Assembly (NCBI RefSeq): GCF_963921235.1
Contig: NC_086124.1
Location: forward strand, 27,900,001-27,964,000
From: Mobula hypostoma
Taxonomy: Eukaryota
Reading direction: 5' to 3'
Length of the DNA stretch: 64,000 nt
Part shown: piece after piece, positions 1 to 12,219 of the stretch
How positions within the stretch are numbered: position 1 is the first letter of the stretch
How the letters are laid out: the number at the start of each line of letters is the position of its first letter
The notes under the pieces: generated by a model
What the model was told of the DNA's origin: nothing
What the model saw: the letters and a program-made list of their open reading frames with translations, nothing else
The model's database searches: none
Program-made: the position numbers and the translations under genes

Positions 1-580
1 CAAGTGCAGTGTTACCAATCTTTTATGCTGAGGCTTCATAAGAGATTGGTCTGATGTAGTTTGAGTACCGGAGAGGGTCTGAATGAGATTAACCAGAATG
101 ATCCTGACAATGCACGGGTTAACATATGATGAGAATTTGATGGCTCTGGGCCGGTACTTGGTGGAGTTTAGACGAATGATGGGGGTGGGGGGGGTGGGGG
201 TGTAAATCTCATTCAATCCTATCAAATACTGAAAAGCCTAGACAGAGTGGACGTGGAGAGGATGTTTCCTCTCGTGGGGGAGTCGAGCACCAGAGGACAC
301 AGCCTCAGAATAGGAGGACATCCCTTTAGAACAGAGATGAGAAGGAACTTCTTTAGGTAAGTCCCTGAATTCATTGCCACAGACTGCTCTGGAGGCCACG
401 TCACTGGGTAGATTTAAAGATGAAGTTGAAAGCTTCTTCATCATTAAGGGTGTCAAAGGTTACGGGGAGAAGGCAGAAATACGGGGTTGAGTGGATAATA
501 AATTAGCCATGAAATGCCAAAGCAGACTCAATAGGCCAAATGGACAAATTCTGCTCCTATAATTTACGACCTTGTGGTGA
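1..580 (+). mobile_element. CR1 LINE 3' fragment
   Basis: Matches the degenerate CR1 ORF2 C-terminus and 3' UTR seen in better-preserved copies in this window (gagtggacgtggagaggatgtttcc, agagatgagaaggaacttctt). Boundaries approximate. Confidence 0.75.
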
Positions 581-714
581 TCAGCATGGTCCAGTTGGGC
601 TGAAGAGCCCATATCTGTATTACTCCATGACTGATGTAGAAAGGGGAGTTACTGGTCCTCACCAGATTACAGCAGGATTCTGTTCCTGCGAAACAATCAT
701 AACCTGAATGGGTT

Positions 715-2081
715 GAAAATGTGAACCAAATCACCCAATCATGTGGCAGCAACTCAATGCATCAAAGCATGCAGACAAGGCCAAGAGGTCCAGTTGTTGT
801 TCAGACCAAACATCAGATTGGGGAAGAAATGTGATCCAAGTGACTTTCACCATGGAATCTAGTGAAGTTGGCGCCTGTGTACAACGTCCCCCTGGTCGAC
901 ATCTACCAGATAGTCCATGAAACTGTTTATTTCACTTCTTTTACTTCTGCTTTTCATCTTAAATGTGTTTCTAGAACTGTTAAGAGCCTGTGATTTAGAG
1001 TTTGGAGATCAATTGGGTGACCTAGTGCTTTGCTGTCTCCAGGAAGATTCCAGGAAGCTCAAACAGCCTCAGGGCGAAGCAGCTTAAAGATAAGGTAGGG
1101 GCCAATGATCGAGTCCCTTTTGCCGAGTAAAGTGTCGAGGAAGATTGAATCTGAGGCAACTGCTTGCCTTTTGATTGCAGGGATGGATTTCTCTGCTGTC
1201 AGAGGAGTCTGTGTAGTGCCTTTCACTCACTGTTGTTGGAGGGTAGGCCTCTGTGTTTGAGTGGTCTCTCTCTCTCTCTCTCGCTGTTGGTCAGAGGACA
1301 TCACCAAGGTTCTGAATTTATGGATTGGACTATGGACTTCCAGTCTTATGATTTTTATATTCTATGTTTTCCCCTGTTCTTTCACCTTGTTATTGCATAG
1401 CATGTTTTGTTAGTTTTTTGTGTGGGGGAGGGGGTTTAGGGCTTGATGTTTTTGTTAGTTTTTTACGTGACGGAGTGGGGTTTAGATGGGTTGATGTTCT
1501 TGTAGCATTTTGATTTTTTTGTGCAGGGTGGGGGTTTGATGCTCCTGTTCAGTTTTGTTTTTTTTTGTGCCGGGGGGGGGGGGGGTTTGATGTTTATCTT
1601 TGAATGACTTCCACGGATTTCTTTTTTTCATGGCTATCTGGAGAAATGAATCTCAGAGTTGATACTGAATACATAGTTTGATAATAAGTGAACCTTTGAA
1701 CGATGCTGATGCACGACAGGGTGGTTTGAGTATCTCAGAAATTGTTGAGTTCCCGGGATTTTCAGGCACAAGTCTTAAGTTTAAAGTGAACAGTGTGAAA
1801 AACAAACCAAAAAAATTATCTACTGAGTGGCAGTTGTGGGCAAAAATGCCTTGTTAGTGTGATTTCAGAGGAGAATGGCCAGACTGGTTCCAGCTAACAG
1901 GAACACAATAGTAACTCAAAGAACCGCCTGTTACAATTGTAGTGTGCAGAAGAGCGTCAGTGAACGCAAACATTTCGAACCTTGAAGTGGATGGGCTACA
2001 GCAGCATAAGACCACGACCTTACACTCAATGGTCACTTTATTATGTAGAGGAGGTGCCTAATAAAGTGGCCACTGAGTGTA
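715..2081 (+). mobile_element. Tc1/mariner-derived non-autonomous element (MITE) split by an insertion at ~859-1701
   Basis: Internal sequence (agcaactcaatgcat...cagaccaaacatcag...gtgacttt) resumes at ~1702 (gggtggtttgagtatctcag). The right end is ...aataaagtggccactgagtg followed by TA. Same family as the copies at 2959, 17154, 19430 and 48820. Confidence 0.7.
859..1701 (+). repeat. Unclassified interspersed repeat (probable LINE 3' UTR) inserted into the Tc1 MITE
   Basis: Interrupts the MITE at ggaat|gat. It ends in gaatctcagagttg...tttgataataagtgaacctttgaac, a tail type resembling the one near 15200. Confidence 0.45.
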
Positions 2082-2160
2082 TAATATAGTGTTTGACAGA
2101 GTGTGAACCAGATCGTCACCAGTACACTGGACCCCAAATTATTCAGACTCTGAGCCTTAC

Positions 2161-2442
2161 CCCAAACTGCATGCAGCTTGTCAGGGACGCTCAAATGCTT
2201 GATTTCACAAGTGTAAGTGTCACCCTTCCCGGGGTCAATTTCGACCTGTAGCCGGACTTGGAACGTCCCATCCTGGTTGGGTAAAATTTTCGTCATTAGC
2301 ACTTCCCGATTGATCACTACACCATTCCGCAGCCACGTTGCGTGGATTTTCTTGGGATAAAATCCATGCACTTGGCATATCAGGGCCAAGGTATTCTCTC
2401 TGTTCTTCAGGTGTCTTGAGGTTATTGTGATAGTTGGCTTCG
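2161..2442 (-). CDS. WB: MHC W-category beta-chain-like gene, Ig C1-set (beta2) exon
   Basis: Acceptor ctgcag|CG at 2442 and donor TGG G|gtaag at 2161; 282 bp, phase 1/1. Translation: (A)KPTITITSRHLKNRENTLALICQVHGFYPKKIHATWLRNGVVINREVLMTKILPNQDGTFQVRLQVEIDPGKGDTYTCEIKHLSVPDKLHAVW. It has the C1-set LxCxVxGFYP, W and YTCxxxH motifs. LPNQDGTFQ is class I alpha3-like (P235/G239), not the class II beta NGDWTFQ. Confidence 0.85.
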
Positions 2443-2958
2443 CTGCAGTGGACAGAAACACATTGAAGCTGAACTTGGTTACAGGATCAGAAAAAGTAAA
2501 GAGTAACAGAATTTCAAAGTTCAAAGTATGTTTACTATTAAAGCATGTGTATATCATACAACCTTGAGATTACAGCATGACGAAATGGAGGAACAGACAC
2601 AATGGGTCGAATGGTCTAATTCTGTTCCTATGTTTATTCACCTCCCTAGATGCTGCCTGGCCTACTTAATGGTGCGCGCGCGCGTGCGCGTGTGTGTGCA
2701 TGCACGTGCATACACACGTTGCTTTGGATTGCCACCATCTGCCGAATCTTCTGTGTTTAGAAACTGTCCCCCGGTCATCTGCCTCTGACCAGGGGTAGGG
2801 TTCTTTCTGTCACTCCCAGGTCACATGAAAGTTTCAAGAACTGTTGGTAACCCAAAGTTTCCATAAGGTGGAAATACTTAGAAATAAAAATTTGCATGGT
2901 GAGGTTAATTAGCTACAGGTTAGTGCAGATCAGAATCAGGTCTAATATCACTGACATA

Positions 2959-3428
2959 CACTCAGTGTCCACTTTATTAGGTACACCTGCTCATTAATAT
3001 AAACCTCTTATCAGCCAATCATGTTCCAGCAACTCAATGCATAAAAGCATGCAGACGTTGTCAAGAGGTTCAGCTGTTGTTCAGACCAAACATCAGAATG
3101 GGGAAGAAATGCAATCTAATTAACTTTGACCATGGACCAGATGGGGTGGTCTGAGTATCTCAGAAACTGCTGATCTCCTGGGATTTTCATACACAACGGT
3201 CTCTAGAATTCACAGAGAACGGTGCGACAAAGAAAAAACATCCAATGAGCGGCAGTTTTGTGGGTGAAAGCACCTTGTTAATGAGAGAGGTCAGAGGAGG
3301 ATGGCCAGACTGGTTCAATCTGACAGGACGAGGATAGTAACTCAAATCACCATGTGTTACAGCAGTGGTGTGCAGAAGAGCATCTCTGAATGTACAACAT
3401 GTCACACCTCAAAGTGATTGAGCTACAG
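2959..3428 (+). mobile_element. Tc1-derived MITE, truncated by the Buster insertion
   Basis: TA then cactcagtgtccactttattaggtacacc terminus, followed by degenerate Tc1 transposase N-terminal sequence. Confidence 0.7.
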
Positions 3429-5745
3429 CAGTGATTCCCAAGGGGAGTGCGGTATTGTATGATGTCATGGGGGAGGGCAGTAAATGGCACCCCCTTACTT
3501 GAGGCTTGAGACCTGACCGACCGTTAGTAGAGCAGGCACTTCCGACAAAAAGGATGAGGCACTGGAACACAGGAAGAACCACAGCTCAGCGGGCGGTGAG
3601 CACTTGTCCTCACAACAAGTCTGAAATTTGACAATCTCGTCCAACTTTACCAACCAAACAGACATTATTGAGGATGCGTAAGTTAGCAAACAGGGTGTCC
3701 AACAGTTACCCTTGACTTGCAGCATGGAACGAGTTCGTGCAATTTAACAGTTGATAGGTCAAGTACACCCTCTCAACCTTCGTGACAGATCTATGGAAAA
3801 CAGGTCGCGTAACGATACAGCGCTGGTCGGAACCAAATGGTGAAATAGAGTCAATCAGTGAACCTGTCAACACCGAGGAATCCTGTTGAGGTGTTCAAAG
3901 TGACCTCAGCTTCATATGTGCGGTCAAGAACCATCTTTGGGGATTACCAGACATTACGTGACTGGTCAATCGTGCTAACTGGAATAGTAAGAAGATGGCT
4001 TCCCAAACACAAGTTCTGTCCCGACTAACATTTGATTCCAATCTGAATCCTTGTCAATGTAATTTTTGCAGTTGTGATCGTCTTCATCTTTGCCTCGCTG
4101 TTCCTTTGCGTGCCGCTGCCATCGTTCCATCCGTGTCAACTCACTGCCGTCAACATCCGATAGGCATTCCCAGTGGTGTTAATTTATTATTTTAATTTAG
4201 CCCCGTTAACAATGGGTAAGTATGTACGGTGCGATCTCTACAAGCTTGAAGGCGGTGAAGCCTTGAATTCTAATCCTGCTAAGAAACAGAAACTACACAA
4301 AGTGTGCCAATACAAAGTTACGTACCTGAAATATGGTTTTATTCCATCCCATTAGATCAGCAGCGCCCCATGTTTCCTATTTGTAATACTGTACTGTCTA
4401 ATGAATCCATGAAACCATCAAGATTGCAGGAACGCTTCTGCAAAAGACACCCTGAAAAGGCTACTTATGGTATTACTCGGTTCCAGAAGATGAAAGAAGC
4501 ATTGGAAAACCATTGCACACTCGAGTCATTTGCCAAGAAATGACCTTGCTGGTGATCTCATTGCTTCTTATATCATTTCCAAAATGATAGCAAGGTGTGG
4601 AAAATCTCATACTATTGGTGAAAGATTAATAATGCCTGCTGTATCAGAAGTGCTCACCCCTGTTCTGAAAATGGAAACCAGTATTTTAAAATCAATTCCT
4701 CTGAGCAATAGCTCATAGTATTGATGAAATGAGTGAAGATAAGGAATATCAACTGTGCACAGAGCCACAAAAAACAGAATTTGGGATTCAACTGGATGAG
4801 TCAACAGTGTAAGGTAATGCGGCATTGCTAAAGTCATATGTACAGTTTATCAAAAAGGGAAAAAGCGATTCTCTTTTGTAAAAAGTTAAAAACATATCAA
4901 CAGAGAAACAATCTATGATGAGCTCAAAATGTATATTGAAGATGAAAATATTTCAATTAGGAACATGATTTCTTGTACAAGAGATGGAGCACCATAAATG
5001 ACAGGTTGCCATGCCGGTTTAGTGACATTAATGAAAAAAGAAATTCCAAGTCTGTTTGCAATCCATTGTGTTATTCATCATCGATACCTTGCAGCCAAAA
5101 ACCTCAGCTCGTGACCTTTTTCAAGCATGACTCTTGTAATACCTGCTATCAACAAAATTAAAGCTCATCCATTAAATAGCAGAATATTTCACCATTTATG
5201 CCAAGATAACAATGCAGAGGTTGAACGCTTGCTTCTTCACACTGAAATGTGTTGGCTGTCAAAAGGCTGCTGCTTAAAACATTTCTTTGATCTTTTTGAC
5301 ACTGGTGGAAGTCAACAAGATTGAACTTCTATATGAAGATGTGGTAAACAAAGCCAATCTGTATGACAAACTGAACATTCTAAATACGAAACTGCAGCGT
5401 GAAAACCAATTTAATCCAGGCAAAAAGCGCAGTGCCCACTTTTATCAGAAAATTGGAAATATGTAAGCAAAACATTGGGAGAAGAATGTTCTCAGTTTCC
5501 CTGCATGAGAAGTATGGCACTCTCTTTCACAGATGGTGATTTGCAAGAGTGCTCCTTACACCTGCAGTCACCAAAGAAAGATTTTCAGAATTGATTCAAG
5601 GATTTGAACGATCCAGAAATTTTGGACTGGATAATTAGCCCATTCCTTTGCAAGGTGGAAGAACAGAAAGAGGGCTTGCAAGAAGAAATTACCAAAATTC
5701 AGAATAAGGGAGAAGCAAAAGTGCTTATTTAAAAATGTCCATTTT
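3429..5745 (+). mobile_element. hAT Buster/Charlie-type DNA transposon, decayed SCAND3/ZBED5-like transposase
   Basis: 5' terminus cagtgattcccaa is preceded by agcTAcag (nnnTAnnn Buster target pattern). Frameshifted ORF pieces: YLKYGFIP, VLSNESMKPSRL, HTIGERLIMPA, INKIKAHPLNSRIF...LLLHTEMCWLSKG. Cut on the right by the L1. Confidence 0.85.
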
Positions 5746-5746
5746 G

Positions 5747-8700
5747 GGACTTCGGGGTTGAGCATGGAGTGACTGGGTGCGTGTGAGTGTGGCTCCCGAG
5801 TTTTATTGAAAATCTACCTGCTTATCTTTACCGTTTTCTCGAGATAACTGAATATTTAACATTGTGAACCCCGGGACGTTGCTGGACACTGAAATGGGAA
5901 ATAAAATGTACCTTCGAAGTAAAACTGGGGAAACAGATAGTGAAGCCTCGAGCAAGAAAGCTGATGTTACAGTAATGGTGCTGTTGCACGTTGCTGGACC
6001 TGGACCTGCACTGCCCGATGACTTGGAGAGGCTTTGTTTAGTACTTCTTACTGACATGATGCAAGTGGTGCATTCTGTCCTAAAAAGAGAACTTGAAGAT
6101 GCTTTGTCACCAGTGAATGCTACCATGGAACAAATTATGTCTGCTTATGAGTCACACGACGAACGCATTCCTGAGTGATTACAGTGACCGACTGGTGAGC
6201 GCCGAAGCCGCCATTGCAGCGTTGCAGAGCGAAAACGCGTTTCTGAAGGGAAAGCTAGATGACCTCAAAAATCGGTTGCGGAGATCCAATTTGAGAGTGG
6301 TTGGCATTCCTGAAAATTTGGAAGGTTCGGACTCTGTTAAACTTATGACCGAGTTTTTTGACGAAGTGCTGGGGACAAATTTCTTCCCAAGGCCTCTTGT
6401 GCTTTTGTGTGCTCACCAAGTTGGGCCTAAACCATCCAGTGTCTCTGAAGCTAAGCAAACGAGACCAAGAACGTTCCCGGTTCTCTTTCACTTCTTTAAG
6501 ATAAGCAATGCATCAACAGACGGAAGCAGGAGCTGTATTTCCGCGGACATCGCGTGTTTTTTTTAATGAAGATTTTAGTGCGGAGTTGGGGAAAAAACGA
6601 GCAGCTTTTGAGGAGGTGAAATCCCTGCTTTACAGGAAAGGGGTCAGGTTTGGCCTCTTGTATCCTGCCCAGCTCCAGGTCATGCGTGAAGGTAAAAAGC
6701 ATTATTTCGATACACCAGAGGCGGCCAAAGAGTTTTAACATTTGCGCTGGGGAGAAGAAGAACGAGAAAAGCAATGACTTTTTTTTTGGGTTATTCATGC
6801 AGTATTGAAGGGGCCTCCTGCCGAGGCAAACTGTTAATTTTCGCAATCCACTTCTTTGTTCATTTTTTCCAGTTTAATTTGTGGAACACGATCGGGTCAA
6901 ACTGCTGTGCTGCCAAAACTGATTAACAAAAACTTTTAACCAGCAAAATGTAAATATTTGGGATTTGTATCTCTGGTGTTTAGTTTCCTAGTTTTTTTTA
7001 AATGGTTTGCTTGACCTGTGTTATCTTTAGCCTATATATATTACAGGTAGAATAAGTAATCGTATAAATTTTAAGGAGGGGAGCCACCCTGGATTAGATT
7101 GAAAGTTTGGTTGTATGGGGAACGCTTTGGAAGTGTTTTGTTTGGTACTGCCTGTGATCATCCTCAGTTGGGGAGGTCGATCTAGTTTTCGGGGGTTAAT
7201 TGGGTTTTTTTGTTGTTTGTGTAAAGGGGTGGGGGGAGTGTTTTGGGGTATTTCCATGGTAGCTTATTATTTTGTGTGTTACGGATTGGCCAGACTTTCT
7301 TTTCATTGTGCGTTATTGTGTGCAGCTTGTGCCCTTGCACTGTTTTGGATTGTAGGCCCTGTGTGTCTTTTGATATGGTTAACATGAGTGCTGATGATGG
7401 AGGCCACCCTGTGAGGTTTATTTCTTGGAATGTAAAGGGGCTCAATGGTCCTGTTAAAAGAGCTAAAGTTTTCTCTCATCTCAAACAATTAAAAGCAGAT
7501 ATACCATTTCTACAAGAGTCACATTTAAAAGTGTAAGACCATAATAGACTTTGTAAAGCGTGGATTAGTCAGGTTTTTCATTCCAGATTTAATAGTAGGT
7601 CCAGGGGGGTGGCAATATTAATCACCAAAAGAATGTAGTTTACACCATCTGATGTAATCAGTGACCTTAATGGTCGCTTTATTATAGTCTCTGGATCTCT
7701 CTTTCAGATACCTGCCATTTTGGTAAATGTTTATGCCCCTAATTGGGATGACGTCCACTTTGCAAATAAGGTTTTGTCATTAATACCTAACCTGAATACA
7801 CACCGGCTAATCTTTTCAGGAGATTTGAATTGTGCTATGACCCACTGCTTGATAGGTCTAGCTCTAGGGAAACATTTTCTGGTATGGCAAAGGCCATCTC
7901 GATGTTTATGCAACAAAATGGTTTTGTGGATCCTTGGAGATTTTTGAATCCATCATTCTCTTTCTTTTCTCATGTTCAACACTCCTATTCCAGGCTAGAC
8001 TATTTCTTTATAGATAGCTCCTTGATACCAATGATTAGACAAATTGAGTATACTGCTATAGTTATATCTGATCACTCGCCCATGAAACTGGACCTATGTT
8101 TTCCTTTAAACATTAGAGAACGGCCTCTGTGGAGACCCCTTTTGCTTTCCAATGAGAAATTTTGTAGTTATATCGGCTAACATTGACACATTTTTCGAGA
8201 CCAACAAAACTGAGTTGATATCGTACTCTTTACTTTGGGAAACTTTAAAAGCTTTCTTGAGGGGTCAAATAATATCTTATACTTCACATGCCAATAAAGA
8301 GCGTAGGAAGGAAATGCAAGTGTTATTGCAATCTATTTTGAACTTGGATAGGCAATATTCCGAGGCACCCACTGCAGAATTATATAAAAGCTGGGCTGAT
8401 TTGCAAGTGAAGTTTAATCTTCTCTCTACAAACCAATCAGAACAATTAATTCTTAAGGCACGTGGCCTCTAATATAGTGACAAGGTGAGCCGGCTTATGG
8501 CTCATCAGTTGAAGCGTCAAGCTGCATCACGACTTATTCCCCAGATAAGAGACACGCACCAAAACTTGACAAGCAATCCAAAAGAGATTAATAACATCTT
8601 TTGCAACTTTTTATTCCTCTCTGTATGCCTCAGAGTTCCCCTCAGGTATAACAAATATGGAACATTTTTTTAGTTAATTTGGAAATACCAACTCTGGAAC

Positions 8701-10790
8701 CAGAGGAGGTGGAGAATTTAGATCGGGCTCTTGGGTAGGAAGAGATTAATAATGCCATTATGCCTATGCAGAGTGGTAAATCCCCAGATCCTGATGATGA
8801 TCTGATATAATTTTATAAGAAATTTAAGGTAAGCTCATACCGGTCCTTCTAGAAGTGTTTCAGGAATCTTTGGAGAATTGTTCCTTACCCCCTACTCTTT
8901 CACAGGCATCTATTTCACTTCTTCTTAAGAAGGACAAGGACCCGACTCAATGTGGATCATATCACCCCATCTCACTTTTGAATGTGGATGTGAAAATTTT
9001 GGATAAAGTGCTTGCATGTCGTTTAGAACATCCCCTTCCCAAGATAATCTCAGATGATCAAACAGGTTTTATTAAAAATTGCCATTCTTTTTTTAATATC
9101 CCTGGACTGGCTGATGTGGTTTATTCACCCAGTGATTCTCCAAGTCTGGAGGTTGTTATCTCCTTGGATGCGGAGAAGACATTTGATAGAGTGGAGTGGG
9201 TATACTTGTTTAGTGTTTTGGAGAAATTTGGATTTGGCAGAATATTTGTAGCCTGGGTTAAGCTATGATATCACTTGCCTTTAGTGTGTATACAGACAAA
9301 TTATTTTCGATCTGACTATTTCCCATTAACATGTGGCACTCACCAAGGCTGTCCATTGTCCCCTCCTCTTTTTGCAATTGCAATTGAGCCTCTTTCTATT
9401 GCACTTAAGTCAACAACATTATTTCAAGGTGTTAGGAGAGGCGACATAGAACACCGTGTATCCCTATATGCTGATGACCTCTTACTTTATGTTAGCGACC
9501 CTGCAGGTAGCTGTCCTGCTATTGTGTCATTATTAGGCCAATTTGGAGCCTTCTCTGGCTATAAACTGAACCTTCAAAAAAGCAAATGATTTCCCATTAA
9601 TAACTTGGCCCTACAGATCTGACAGGAATCCTTGCCTTTTCCTTTATCTCAAGATGGTTTTGTATACCTATGAATACATGTTACTCGCTCTTTTACATCT
9701 CTGTCTGAAGCTAACTACAGGCCTCAGGTTGGCCAAATGAAGGCTGATTTTGAGAGATGGCAGTTTACCCCTTACTATAGCTGGGAGAATTCAATCAGTG
9801 AAAATGACTATACTTTCCAGATTTCTTTATTTGTTCCAGTGCTTACCAGTTTTCTTATCTAAGTTATTTTTCAAATCAATCGACCAAGCTATAATCTCTT
9901 TTATTTGGGAAAATAAGGTCCCAAAGGTTAATAAGTGCACTCTCCAAAGAGGTCATGACGTAGGTGGAATGGGCCTTCCTAGCTTTGTTCATTATTATTG
10001 GGCATCGAACATTCAAAAAGTATTATTTTGGCTTCACCGGCCAGATATAATCTGGTGCCTGCTTGAGTCACGGTCTTGCCACTCCTCGTCTCTCCCAGCT
10101 TTGGTGTATTCTTCCTTACCATTGAAATCCTCTCAATTCACATCTAACTCGGTCGTGCTCTCCACCCTCAAAATTTTTAATCAATTTTGCTTCACTGTAA
10201 GTTCACATCAGCTTCAGTTTTGGGTCCCATTCATAGAAACCATCTATTTCTTCCCTCCACACTCGATTCATTTTTTAGACAATGGGGTTTGAACTGTCTT
10301 ATGCGCATTAAGGATTTGTACACTGATAACATATTGATAGTTTCGATAACCTGTGCAGTAAATATGGCCTTCTGCATAATCATTTTTTAAAACACCTGCA
10401 GATTCACCACTTTGTCAGGGAAAAATGTCCCTCTTTTCCTGATCTACCACTTGCTATGTTGTGGGGAAAAACTCACTCATAGCTTTAATAATAAAGGGCT
10501 GATCTCTGTACTATACTCTCAGCTGATGTCTTTGGGAGTTCAAGATCTAAACAAAACTAAAACTAGGTGGGAGGTTGATCTTGGTATGGATCTGGTTGAG
10601 GAATATTGGGCAAAAGCATTGAATAGGGTTCATTCCTCATCATCATGTGCTAGACTGGGGCTCATACAATTTAAAGTTTTACACAGGGTACATTTATGTA
10701 AAGCCAGCCTTGCTGACATATATCCTGGGACAGATGCTGGTTGTGACACATGGACTGTTCATAAATCTGATGGCAGAAGGGAAGAAACTT
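5747..10790 (+). mobile_element. Near full-length decayed L1-clade LINE (ORF1 ~5894-6738; ORF2 ~7384-10790)
   Basis: ORF1 pieces include DDLKNRLRRSNLRVVGIPE and FGLLYPAQL. ORF2 has the APE endonuclease ISWNVKGLNGPVKR, RT QGCPLSP and SLYADDLLLY, and a C-terminal QFKVLHR. Many stops and frameshifts. Confidence 0.9.
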
Positions 10791-10839
10791 TTCCTGAACC
10801 CTTGAGCGTATGCCTTCAGGCTCCTGTACCTCCTCCCTG

Positions 10840-11290
10840 AAGGTAGCACTGAGAAGAGGGCATGTCCTGTGTGGTGAGGGTCTTTGATGATGGATGATGC
10901 CTTTTTGAGGCATCACTCCTTGAAGATTCCTGAATGCTAAGGAGGCTCGTACCCATGATGGAACTGACTGAGTTCACAACTTTCTGCAGCTTCTTTCAAC
11001 CCTTTGCAGTATCTCCACCCCTCCCCCCATGTGCAGCCAGTTATACCTCTCCACGGTATATCTGTAGAAATTTGACATACCAAATCTCCTCAAACACGTA
11101 ATGAATATAGTCGCTGTCGTGCCTTTTTGTAACTGCCTCGACATGTAGGCCCCAGGATAGATCCTCAGAGACATTGATGTCTAATAACTTGAAATTGCTC
11201 ACTCACTCCACTTCTGATCCCTCTTTGAGGACTGGTGTGTGTGTTCCCTTGTTTTGCCCTCTCTGTCAGCCTCTGCCACACAGCCTACTT
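10840..11290 (-). mobile_element. Rex1/Babar-type LINE 3' fragment
   Basis: Reverse complement encodes the decayed IIKDPHHTGHALFSVLPSG-type terminus shared with the copies at 16.7, 35.4 and 50.3 kb. Confidence 0.6.
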
Positions 11291-11299
11291 GAACATCGC

Positions 11300-11812
11300 T
11301 TTGAAAACAAAACTTTAATTCCACTTCCCACTCCCATGCCATGGCCTCCTCTTCTGTCAGGATGAGGCCGCACTCAGGTTGGAGGAGTAACATCTTGTAT
11401 TCTGCCTGGGTAGCCTCCAACCTGTTTGCAGGACCACCGATTTCCCGAACTTCCAGTAATGCCCCCCTCCACTTCATCATTCCCCATTCCCTTTTCACTC
11501 TCTCACCTTACCTGCACATCACCTCCCTCTGGTGCTTCCCCCCTTTCTTTCTTCCATGCCCTTCTGTCCTCTCCTATCAGATTCCTCCTCCTCCAGCCCT
11601 GCACCTCTTTTCCCAATCAACTCCCCAGTTCCTTACTTCACCCCTCTCCACCTCCTAACTCTGACTCCTCAACTTGTTTCTCCAGTCCTGATGAAGGGTC
11701 TCAGCCCGAAACGTCGTCTCTACTCTTTTCCATAGATGCTGCCTGGCCTGCTGAGCTCCTCCAGCACTTCGTGTGTGCTGCTTGGATTTCCAGCATCTGC
11801 AGATTTTTTTGT
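11300..11812 (+). mobile_element. Penelope-like element 3' fragment (end of GIY-YIG region plus 3' terminal repeat)
   Basis: Homologous to 61100-61680 of the long Penelope copy (actcaggttggaggag, gggtagcctccaacctg, gatgctgcctggcctgctg). Confidence 0.75.
11683..11720 (+). ncRNA. Minimal type I hammerhead ribozyme motif with a damaged stem I
   Basis: cagtc CTGATGA agggtctcagccc GAAAC GTC gtctc. The catalytic core is intact; the 3' stem-I strand is mutated from gactg. Confidence 0.55.
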
Positions 11813-11826
11813 GAAAATAAACTTAC

Positions 11827-12084
11827 CCGTCAGAGCTTGAACAGCCTGGTGAACGATCTCCATGGCAAAAGGCATGTCATTAACATAGCGGGCAACATTT
11901 CTGATAAGCTTTTGATCGCGGTTCAGTTTGTCCACGAAAGACTTCACAAGTGGATTGATGGCCACAAACTTTCCTGTTGTATAATCAAAGCCAACAGCCA
12001 CTTCTCCATTGTAAGCAAACTGCAGGGTAGCCATTGAGAACTCCGAACCTTTACCAGAGAAAGTCACTTGACCGATGTGCATTC
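11827..12084 (-). CDS. WB: MHC W-category beta-chain-like gene, membrane-distal groove (beta1) exon
   Basis: Acceptor ccag|GA at 12084 and donor ACG G|gtaagt at 11827; 258 bp, phase 1/1. Translation: (G)MHIGQVTFSGKGSEFSMATLQFAYNGEVAVGFDYTTGKFVAINPLVKSFVDKLNRDQKLIRNVARYVNDMPFAMEIVHQAVQALT. GMHIGQ resembles class I alpha2 GSHTxQ, and QFAYNG resembles QYAYDG. Confidence 0.85.
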
Positions 12085-12219
12085 CTGGCAAGCGAATAAT
12101 AATAGATCCGTTAGCCATTTGTGAGAGTGAAATGGCTCATTTTAAAACCTTAAAATTAATCAAACTGAAAGAACAAATTTGTCTCTCCCTTCTGTGGAAA
12201 CCTCACCATTCTGACGGCA

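Noticed and set aside
1-2160. Transmembrane/cytoplasmic exons of the MHC-like gene
   Set aside because: This interval is accounted for by CR1, MITE and repeat sequence, and no TM-coding exon was visible; it probably lies outside the window.
2161-2442. Classical class II beta or beta2-microglobulin assignment
   Set aside because: It lacks the class II beta NGDW tryptophan and the beta2m DWSF-type motif, and a class I alpha2-like groove exon lies upstream.
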